Source: Phoronis australis (Eukaryota; Animalia; Phoronida). From it: DNA of 64,000 bases. The notes beneath the pieces were generated by a model. The model made no database searches. It was not told the origin of the DNA and saw nothing but the letters and a program-made list of their open reading frames with translations. Shown here in pieces: positions 42,401 through 54,400 of the stretch (positions are counted from its first letter, which is position 1; the number at the start of each line of letters is the position of its first letter). The translations under genes and the position numbers were made by a program. The stretch spans positions 364,346 through 428,345 of the forward strand of contig NMRA01000244.1 of assembly GCA_002633005.1 (NCBI GenBank), read 5' to 3'.

Positions 42401-45400
42401 TTGAATAGTGAAAAGAAAAGACGCACCTCATGGTCAGGGGGGTTGACATGAATGATGTTATGTGCCTCTTGGCAGTCCTTCCAAGTCCACAGAATAGTCT
42501 GGTTCTACAATATACATAGGACAGTTACTTCACTTTTATGGAGGTTCACAGCAATCCCAGTAAAGGATATATGAGAATATTGACAAAACGGCTATTAACA
42601 AAGACAAACATTGCATAATGCCGTCATAATTTGTTAGGACTCTTCATGATTTTAATGGCATTCTGACAACAGATGGCGTGAACTGTACATAAATTGGATC
42701 AGCTCCTCAGGATCAGGTCATCAACATGAATGAGAAAATAGTTGCCTTAATACGTTCAGCTACATTTCATGACACTCTCTAACCAGCACGCCATCTGGTG
42801 GTCATGTTATGGTCAATACAAGGTGTTTCCAGATAGATCAATCAACTGACAAGTATTTTGGGCACGGTGATGGAATTTTCATCATATTGTAATGAACTCA
42901 GCCCGTCAAGTGCATTAATTGTAATGTCCACAACACACACAAGATGGCACCACAGACATCAATATTCAGATTCAAATACTAAATGCAGTTGCTGGGTCTA
43001 CTGGACCTCTCATCAGAACATAACCTGCAGTCACAGCTTACTTGACCTACAATAATCACTCACTTAGTGAACCCGACATTTTCCTATTACCGGGATTTCC
43101 CGTAGAAAACCCCATGGGCATGTATTTAGAAAATGAAAATTTTCAGGCATTTTAATAACACCAAATAAATGCCCAGGCGTTTATTCGAAAATGGGGAGCA
43201 TGTAAACTGAAAGTAGTGGTTCTGGATATGCCAACGAGAGCGTGAAGCGCGATGTAAGTGAAACAGACCTTTTTGGTGGAATGGTAGTCCTTAAAAAGAC
43301 TGCTGTGAATGTGATCATTCCTGTTAACAGCGTTAGTTGCATAACAGCCTATCAATGTTTGCAATATCTGTACAACAAGACAAGAAAATTAATGTGCATG
43401 ACTTTTCCAGACCTCCCTGTGGGCTTTTGAGAGGAAATCTTCCGAATAAGTGCCCCACTATCTGGACACTTGACACCAGAAGTTGTAACACCACATAAAC
43501 GCCCATGGCATAATTTTCTAAATAAACAACCATGGGCGTTTTATCGGATGGGCTTATCTACGGAAAATCCCGGTATAGGCCTTCTCAGAGTAGAAGCCAG
43601 TTTTAAGTCCATTTGTAACAGTGTCACTGAACTTAAGATAGCATTACCTCACACCTTCATATTAGAAAGAAATTTAAAAATGGGTGCAACTACGTAGATT
43701 TTCATGCTCAACGTTTCGCTTTAATCGCTAAAACATTATCAAGACAATAAACAAAATGTAAACTCAACATTGTCAAACACTAAACTAACTGAACAAAACA
43801 CGAGCATACCCAAACACAGCAAACTAACATGATAAATATAAGCCTTCTCGCAGTAGGGACTAACTGAGTTCAGCTTCAACAATCAGTCGTATTCATACTA
43901 CATCAACTCACCAGACGCAAGATTTCATCAATGTTTAGTCACCACCAGGACAATACCAGTCACTTCAAAACGTCAATGAAATCTTGCGTCTGACTGATCC
44001 ACAACTTGTGACCAAAAGTCAAATGAATGTCATCAAAATGATCCAAGCTACGTCAAATTAGACTGAACAACACATTGCCAACGAACTTGTCTTCCTAATA
44101 AGACAGAAGAGATTCGTATCACACTTGACTAATCAACAACACCAACTCAACAACACCAACTCACCAACACCAACTCACCAACACCAACTCACCATTCTAA
44201 TGTGAACTTTCTCAGGATGGAAGCCAGTTGAGTCAACTCGTATGACGAGACTGTCATTGAGTTCATCCACTATTACACTACTCAGTTTGTTCTCTGGTAT
44301 CTTCTTTGTCTTCACGTCCTTCTTCAATTGTTTACTGAAGGATTTGCTGGTAAAATGGTATACTCCTTTTTCTACCACCGCCCGATTCATGCATCGCCTA
44401 ACAATGATACAACACAATGACAATTTGATGGATACTCGAAATGAAATGGACTCTAAAGGCCAAGTGTCATGCGTTTGTTTTCTTAACTGTCAGCATAGAC
44501 TTTCAATTATAGTACATGGACCGCCAACTCTGTATATTTTCAATGGACGAAATCTATGATCTTACGCGCAAGCCGTGATGTCATTATTCATCGGAGACAC
44601 TTAGCAAAATTAGCAAGTTTTATTTCCAGCAAGTACGTCGTCTGCTAATCATGGTTGGCTGTAGTGTGGTCGGGTGCCAAAAGTATTCACAATATCAACA
44701 GTTCTCTTGTTGGAAGACTTTGAAAAGTGTTTCAATGTCAAAATTTGTTTTTGCTGTACTGGACAGTAATTTCTTGTCACAATACACTAACCGGAAACTG
44801 AAATTGGTAACTTAGGAGAGTGGCACCTCCTCTAGGATTCTAGGCAAGAAAATGTCAGAGTTGCGAATCTGTTGTCTATAATCTATGCTTCCAGAAAGAA
44901 AAGCAGTTCCCTCTCACTGTGCCAAGGCTTCGTTGATGTTTTATGCAGACAAACCCAGGGCATATACTCGGGGGAAAATATCAGTTTAGTGACCAGAAGT
45001 AAAATCTGAATAAACACAGGGGTGTATATCTGGACTTGATGAATATGTACAAGGGTGTAGCAATACTGTAACCGACATGCAAATTGAAGCCAAGACAAGC
45101 AAAGCACAACATAGTCGGTGTACAAGTAGGAGTTGCGTGTTGAAAATTTAGTCTCGGTTTCCATCCCTTTTGAAACTGGGGAAAGTTTTCGGATTCAACC
45201 GCGCATTTACTTTCCCAGATACACACCCGGGGTGTATCTAGAAAAATTACCTTATGAATACAATCATATGCTCATTGAGCCTACCCAAAGATGGCGCTGA
45301 TACCATCACCACCACAACCTGGAACTGAGTTAAAACCATCAATACTGTCTACCATCTACCACTCGTCACAATAGTCACAGTCAATTACTATAATCACATA

Positions 45401-48400
45401 AGTATACCCAGGCAAGAGCATCAGATACTGTCATTAACAGCCACAACACAATGATTGTAGCTCCAACAGAACATGACCTGACCCCAGATGACCTGACCCC
45501 AGATAACCACAGGATCATCCCTCGGCTCTTTACAGTTGACTCCCCCAATGAGCAGGAGACTAGTGAACGTGTCCTGACTGATTCAAAATGTCATGAGCCT
45601 TGAAGTGCCTCTTAGTAACAGAGAAACATGCTCATTGTATCTCAGGTATATTGTTAGGCATACTGACTCATACCTGTAGCTTCATACCATCCAGTACAAT
45701 GCTGATACTTTTAGACAAAATTCAGCAAATAGACAAGGTTATTGAGCTATCTGGCAGAGTTTTCACCAGCCATACCTGGGAGGGACTGTTGGTTGGATAC
45801 TGTTGGTGTCAATAAGCTGGTCAACAGAGTCAATCAACTTGACATCATGTTGGCGCAGTCCTTTGAATGTCCAGACGACCACATCATTAAGAGCACACAC
45901 CAGGGGGTCGGGGTCTACGTGGGACGTAACCATCACTTCACATACCTGACAGAAATGTATATGACAGATGAGACTCAAGAACAAAATGTCAAAACGCCAC
46001 CCCAAGCAAAACCACACCAGGATCATCGAACTTAGTCCAAACACTAACTAAGCAGTTAGACTGACTTGCTCCAGAGCTCATGGTTGAAGGTTACAAATTC
46101 AAATGAGTTATTTTAATAAGACTTTTATTTATTCACAAAATTGGTTAACCACACCACAGATGTTAAATAAATACTTACAGAAGGCTGAGAAGTCACCACA
46201 ACAGCTCCGAAGATCTTGGATAAACTTTGGCTGAAGGATAAATAAGGGAGAGCATGACTACAGCCAGGAGGTCACACAACAAATAATGATGAAGTAAACA
46301 AATTTTACGAAATAAGGGTTTAATGAGGTCACAGTGTGAAAGGATCAGGTCCCGGTGTGAAAGGATATACGTATTATAATCATGTCCAAACTGAAAGTAG
46401 TACTTTAATTCCTTTTTCTGAGAGGCACGAGAACACATCACGTGAGTGAACTAGCTTTGAAATGGTTATAATACACAAGAGAAGATTCTCTGTACAGCAC
46501 ACCACCAATCTTGTCATTTTTGGTTTGTCATTGCAACTACTTGACAGTGTGCTATTACTAAAGAACATTTACTCGCATTACAAAATTATTTTGATGTAAA
46601 ACATCGCTAGCACAGCAGCAGTGAAGAACTTTAGAGTGAACGTCCTACTTGTGCAAAGCACTGTGGGTAAATAGTACAGAATCATGAAAGGCATTGTGGT
46701 ATTTGCTGTACCTGATATAGTAATAGACACCGCATGCTGTGAACTGGTGAACAAAGGCCGAAGGAGAGTCTCTTGGAGCACCGCTGCAGAACCCTGACTC
46801 AATGAACTGGCCTTGGTGGGACACCTGGCCAAAGGGAAACCAAATTCGTTAAACCAAGCACAAGAACAATCATGAGGAGATACAATAACATAACCTTAGC
46901 AATTAAACTAAACTGACTTAGATGTTATGTTGCTGGTTACTCTGTCCCTATATCCAGCTAAGCCTGCCGTCAAAGATCACTCTGATACCCATACAACCTC
47001 CTTGTCAACCACAGTTAAACATCTGTCTGCACAACACTGTGTTGCCCTGCTCATACCTCTGTTGCCCCACCCACCTGACCCCGTCAATCAGAGGTCACTG
47101 TTCCCTTGCACAAGGTGGAGCCGTAAATTACACACTTGCCACATCCACTCCACAAGTTGCCACACTCAGAGGTCAATACCACACTGCACTTAAGCTGTGC
47201 TGTTAATCAACCAGTTGCCCCGCCCATTTGACAGTCAATCAGAGATCACAACCCAGCTGCACCATGTTGCCCCACCCACTTGACACAGTCAGTCAGAGGT
47301 CACTACCCACCTGCACTATATTATGCTGTTTATCACCCTGCTGCCACACCCACCACACTCTGTCAGACGGGTGAACTGTCAAAATCTTGGGTTCAAACCC
47401 ACTGTCGGTCACATGAATGGTGTAGTTCTGAAATCATAATACGGACAAATTACAATTGCAGTGTCTCATAAGAAGCAGATATTAAATGCAAAAACTGTAG
47501 CAATGCTTTTGTTATTTTCAATATTCTGTCAATGGCCCAGTCCAAAATTGAATACATTTAGGTAACAGTACTGACATCAAAGAAATGCTTAACAATGGCT
47601 CATGTATAGCAAACACAAGAAGTAAGACTACTTCAGTCAACTAGAAAGACCACCTCACCCTTGAACCTGGCTGCACAATGATAGTGGATGTACTCATGGT
47701 GCTCGGGCTGTCGGTCACTCCGAAGTGATACACTCCAATCCCATTCAGCTGGACAGTGCCTATTCCCAACAAGCTACTATTCTGTTGAGCCTCAGAGTCC
47801 AAGTACCTGCACATGTCTGTAAATATAACACAGGTGAGTGACAGAGTCCAGGATCCTGCACGTGTCTGTTAATATAATACAGGTGAGTGACAGAGTCCAG
47901 GTACCTGCACGTGTCTGTAAATATAACACAGGTGAGTGACAGAGTCCAGGTACCTGCACGTGTCTGTAATATAATACAGGTGAGTGACAGAGTCCAGGTA
48001 CCTGCACATGTCTGTAAATATAACACAGGTGAGTGACAGAGTCCAGGATCCTGCACGTGTCTGTAAATATAATACAGGTGAGTGACAGAGTCCAGGTACC
48101 TGCACGTGTCTGTAAATATAATACAGATGAGTGAGAGCTTACTACGTGCACAGGTCTGTAAATATAATACAGGTGGGTGCTGGCAACATGACACACAGTC
48201 AGTTGGATTAGCATCAGCAATCATAGCAAACAGTGGCCTTAGACCAGCCACACAGTCACTTAAGCCTGATATATCTCTCTACCTTGGAATAATAGAGACA
48301 CAATTCATGACTATTCTAAACCACCCTTCAAGTGAGTGCTTTTCCAACTATATTCACAAGTATCACTGTAATATTTGCTCCTGACAACATTTTCATTTCC

Positions 48401-51400
48401 CAGACAAAAGTTCAAACACAGCATGTATTGACACTCATGGAGCCTCTTTTTCAACTGCCCAACACGTTTAGTCCAAGTGACAATCATCACAAGAGTCTGG
48501 TCTGTACACAGCCTTGTTACACTTTCCAACATCAAAGAAAATTCCACCTTACATTTACCCAATATAGCCTTATACACTTTGAGTGCCACACAGGTCTCAT
48601 AATGTCCATTCCAACAGTTTTATTAGCTAGACAACATATATCTAGTAGCCTCTTTTCAGACTCGTCTAGTCACACGACATTCATTACAAGCTGGTCTATA
48701 CACAACCACGCTACAATATGCTTTATAGTTACATCCAATCAGCAGTAGAGATTGACATGCACAATGCTATGAAACTCTGTCACTAATGACATGTCATAGT
48801 TCTAAACTGACATATTACGACAAAAATAAGCAGTTTAATATTTTTAGTAAAACTGGTTGCCTAAATGGTTTTTCAATGTGAGAATACCTTGAGACATTAA
48901 TACTATACAGATCTAAATATAGTCACCTTTACAGTCCAAGTCTTTCTTGGTATTGGCTGCTGGACTAAGACAGCGTTCACTCTCCACGATGGAGAAGTTA
49001 TGAATCATCTCACTCATATCCCATGTCCACCAGATACGGTCACCAGAGTCAGCGAATGTCAAGTCTGACAATGGAAGAACAAATGCAAGTTAGAACTGAC
49101 TAAATGCACAGTGTAAAGTGGTGTACAAATTACTCAGGGTACACTGAAATGTTATCAATTTAATGTGCATAACTTTAACAGCAAACTTCAATAAATGACA
49201 AGCACAAGTCTTGAGACCCTGATTTTCCATTTTCATAAAGTTAACAAAGAAGCACATTTTAGCAAAGTCAACATAAAATTTCATTTTCTTTCTGTTATGA
49301 AAATTAGGAGATTGCGTATTACTGGGGCAACAATAAAGTTAAACAAAAATGACTTTTACCACAAAATTATGACAGTTCCACTTTATGGGTAAATTACTAC
49401 ACATGATGTTTGTTTTCAAAACCAGAAAAGGAACAGCATCATAAACCTATCCACAATGCTGTCGATGAACTATTTACCAGGAGTGAACCCATCAGAGGAT
49501 AGCTCAATATATCTCTCCTTCTGCCGTGGTCGTACAATGACAGTACCTACGTACTCAGCCGCCTCCTGTACGTTCTGATCAGAGTAGAAGAAGACACCAG
49601 GTTTGTCGAAAGTGTGACACAACAGGCCACCTTTGCTGAAATGATATTTAAACAAGGCAATTGTTAGTTAATTCAATGACCAGCCAATGGGACCATCGAA
49701 ACTGAGCATCAATTGAACGATTCCATGTCAAAACAAACCTCCGATATTCACACACAAACAAGCATAAATTCTTGATCAAGTCATTTATTCACTACCTCAG
49801 AAGAAATCAGCATTCTATTGTCACCTTCTCAAAAATACAATGCAAAAATCCGTGGTCCCAAATTCCTAGGAATTACACATAAGGTATTTGGAAACAAAAA
49901 TGGACAAGTAAATTGTTAAACGAGTGACACAATTGAAGACACACCAGCTTACTGAAAGATGAGCAATAAATTATTGACATGGCAATTTCCGGTATCAAGA
50001 ACCCGCAAATTTATGTATCTCACATGGTATCCAGCCACCTGATGTTAAAGCATTTTGGGCTCTTGTTAAACATTTCAATTGGAAAAACATAAAAAAGTTT
50101 TGCACAAAATCGCTCTTGTTATTAAGTCCATTCCACTCCATCATTTATAAACACACGCACAATTATTTGTCCCAACACTTACTAATCTAATAACACGTTT
50201 GTTAGAAGACCATACAAAAGGTTGACAAAGAATTTTACCGCAGGATTAGGATGTCCTTAATGTATTATTTTCCCCTCATCCTATTTAAGGGCTTGGTTGT
50301 AAAAAAATCCTGCTAGGCTTACCTATGCTGAAACCTTGCTTTTTACAATATATGCAAAAACAGAGCAGTTGAATTTTTACCTATTTTACTCACAGCCTGT
50401 CAGCAATGACCAACTAATATTATCCGTTTATCTGGCATGCCAACAGCGGTTTAGAAATGAGGTTCCTTAAGACTTATGGCAAAATATTAGAATGTTGCAT
50501 TTTGAGCAATTGTAACTCAAACCAATGACGACCAATTAAAATTGAGCAGACTTGATGAGGTATATGACTGCACTAACCTGGGAGACGGCCATCTGAAACC
50601 ATCAAATGTGGCCTGCAAGAAAAAGAATTATTTTTCTTAGGTTATGTGTGGCGGAACCATTTAAGTCAAATTCATTTTCAAATTACTGCTTTGTTCATGG
50701 AACAAATACAGATGATCTAAATCACTCAAATGTCGAAATACCTTGGGTCACAAATCATAGTAAAAAGTCCTCATTTTGGGGCACATCGAGATAGACAACA
50801 AAATTGACCGTTCAGGAAATTTCACTTTGTTTTAAGCATGGTCAGCACAGTATAGCTGTGACCTCTTGAAGACATTCATTATACATGGTCAGCACTGTAC
50901 AGCTGTGACCTCTTGAAGACATTCACTATACATGGTAAGCACTGTACAACTGTGGCTTCTTGAAGACATTCATTATACATGGTCAGCACTGTACAGCTGT
51001 GACCTCTTTAAGACATTCATTATACATGGTCAACACTGTACAGCTGTGACCTCTTGACGACATTCATTATACATTGACTAATTTCTCTAATTGGTGATTG
51101 CTCAGGAGGGCAGTACTGGGAATATGAAAGAACTCAATTCCTGACTAGCGTTATTGGCATTGCACAAAACAAACAGTTTACCATCCCTTAAATAATTCAT
51201 TCCCCACGAGGAAATATAACCTTAACCTTCTCCAGTTGCACAGCACGTTCCCACATCCCACCTTAACTAACAACAAATGGTCACCTTGAACTATTGTCAC
51301 ATGCAAGAATAGAGTACGTGAGGTCACATCAAAAAGCTACATAGTGCTACATATTGATTCCAGCAGTTGCTGCTCTAAACCGGCGCCAACGGCTATCAAC

Positions 51401-54400
51401 AGTGCCAGCGAACATTACCTTATAACTTTGTTGATTTGATGAAATTAGTATTTAACAATGTCACCTGATATATAAAAGCCTTGATGTCTCAGACACCAAC
51501 AGAAAAGCTCTAACTTAAATGAGAAAAAGGAAGATTTCCCTCCTCGAAGAAATCTCTAAGTAAGGGGTCAAATGAGAGCCAAACGCGAGCGTCGTAATAT
51601 AGGAGGGTTTCGGGGAAAGCTCACCGGAAATTTCTTTGCAATACGATGCTGAGATGCATTTCAAGCCTTTCTGAGAGATTTCTAGTCATAGTTTATAAAC
51701 AATTGTTATAAACAACTCAAGGCTGGAGCTTATGTCAAGTGGACGGGACATCAAAAGGATTTTGTAAATTCTCTCTAAAGTGGAAGATCTTCTGTTGACT
51801 GTAAAACAGTTGGAGCTTCTGGCAACAGCTCACACTACTCGTGTCGATCTAATTCATTCAGTTGAATCACATTAGTGCGAAATCTTGCATTATAAAAATG
51901 TGGGTAAGAAGCACGCAATGGCAAAGTTAACATGTTAAAAAATATGGACTTGCAGGAAACAATCATTTGAATCTTAGAGAGAAAATTGTCGCTAATCTTT
52001 AATCAAATCATAACTATCACCGAGTTCGAGCAATCGCCATTATCATGCTTTCAGAGGTACTGAGTCTGGAGCTTCCATTATGGAAACAGACTTTTATGAG
52101 CCAAGTGAACTCAGACTTTTATCACTTGTGAAACTTAGATTTCTTGATCGATTTTTTACCGAGTGACATCACAATTTACAGGAAAATATTACCATAACAA
52201 TACACAAGATTTTGCAATCTGCAGAGTTAACATTAAATAGAGTGAAAAGGTACCAGTATGTCTATGCACAAATCTATGAGCTTACCTTATATGGCTCGTC
52301 AGGAGGGTGGTCTATCTCTGGTGCATCTATCTGGTATATACCATGCGGTTTCCTGCACTGAAATATGAACACAATGTTATGATCAAGCACAGGTGCATCT
52401 ATCTGGTATGCACCATTTTGTTAACTGTATTGTAATATGAACCTAATGCTATGATCAACCACATGTGCATCTATCTGGTATGCACCATTTTGTTAACTGT
52501 ATTGTAATATGAACCTAATGTTATGATCAACCACATGTGCATCTATTTGGTATGCACCATTTTGTTAACTGTATTGTAATATGAACCTAATGTTATGATC
52601 AACCACACGTGCATCTATCTGATATACACCAAGTTGTTTACTGTATCACAATGTGAACACAATGTTATGATCAACCACATGTGCATCTATCTGGTATACA
52701 CCAAGTTGTTTACTGTATTGTAATATGAACCTAATATTATGATTAACCACATGTGTGTCTATCTGGTATACACCAAGTTGTTTACTGTATTGTAATATGA
52801 ACCTAATGTTATGATCAACCACATGTGTGTCTATCTGGTATACACCATGTTAACTGTATTGTAATATGAACCTAATGTTATGATCAACCACATGTGCATC
52901 TATCTGGTATGCACCATTTTGTTTACTGTATTGTAATATGAATCTAATGTTATGATCAACCACACGTGCATCTATCTGATATACACCAAGTTGTTTACTG
53001 TATTGTAATATGAACCTAATGTTATGATCAACCACATGTGTGTCTATCTGGTATACACCAAGTTGTTTACTGTATTGTAATATGAGCCTAATGTTATGAT
53101 TAACCACATGTGTGTCTATCTGGTATACACCAAGTTGTTTACTGTATTGTAATATGAACCTAATGTTATGATTAACCACATGTGCATCTATCTCGTATAC
53201 ACCAAGTTGTTTACTGTATTTGTAATATGAACATATCATCAGTTTCTGGTTGTTACTTGAAGGGACTGCAGTGGTAGACAACACCAACTTACCTTCAATC
53301 TGTCCCAGTACCACCACACTCGGTCTCCCGCCTCCACCAAGAGGATCATGGGATTGAACGAGCGGTCCAACACTTCCACTCGATGCTCCCTGTAAACAAA
53401 CATTCATCCAGGCACGTGAAGTCCTCTGTGAAACCAGTGTTTTGGTTCATGTTAGTGTTTGTTGGTTAATATGGTGAGCGGGCATTCTTGATTACACTAG
53501 ACTACACCATACATAATATGGAGTTGACTGATTACTTCACTGGTAAAACTGACTACTGCTGACTTCAATCAATTCAGTTTGAAGTTATGATCTTGGCTTG
53601 ACTTACATAGTTTAACCTACTTAGCTCTGTATCAGACTTTAAGGCAAAATAAGCATCACCAATTAAAAGGTAAAAACAGAAACACATCAGTACCAAATCG
53701 ATGTGAAAACCGAATAACACTGATCGTTAAACCAAAATACAGCTATTTAAGGTTTTAGAAAAAAGTCAACTGTAAAAATTGTAAAACTAGAATTTAAAAA
53801 TTATTGACACAATTTGGTTTCATGCCATTACAGTTATATTAAGCCCTGTTCAGCTGTCTAAAAACAGTGAATTTGGTCTTTTACCCTCATAAAGCAGTAT
53901 CATAATATTCCTTTCTGTCATAGGATTCTAATACCAGCAAGAACATCAAAACCATCAGCGAATCTAGAAAACGCTAGTTTATATGGACTGACCAACCTAA
54001 AAATTGCAAATTTGAAAATGGCACCTGGCCAGCCCTAAAATTTCAAAACTGAAAATGGTGCAACCACCACTGACTCAAGGAAACGCTCCACTTTTTGGGG
54101 GCCTGTCAAACCTAAAATAGTAAATGTGAAAATGGTGCCGGGCCAACTCTAAAAACAGCAAACTTAGAATGAGTGCATGTATGCATTATCCGCGACATGA
54201 GTTGGTGACAGACATGGAATCCTATCACGGTAGGGTATAATGACCTTGTAACAGACATGGAATCCTATCACGGTAGGGTATAATGACCTTGTAACAGACA
54301 TGGAATCCTATCACAGTAGAGTATAATAAGAGTAAAAGGCCCAATTCCATTTTTGTCTTTTAGCAAGCTACATTGGGTGTAATGCAGCAACTTAAGTATT

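Noticed and set aside
47760-53407. Regular repeat arrays as CRISPR or as standalone repeat proteins
   Set aside because: Head-to-tail units with no unique spacers, no cas genes, eukaryotic intron context
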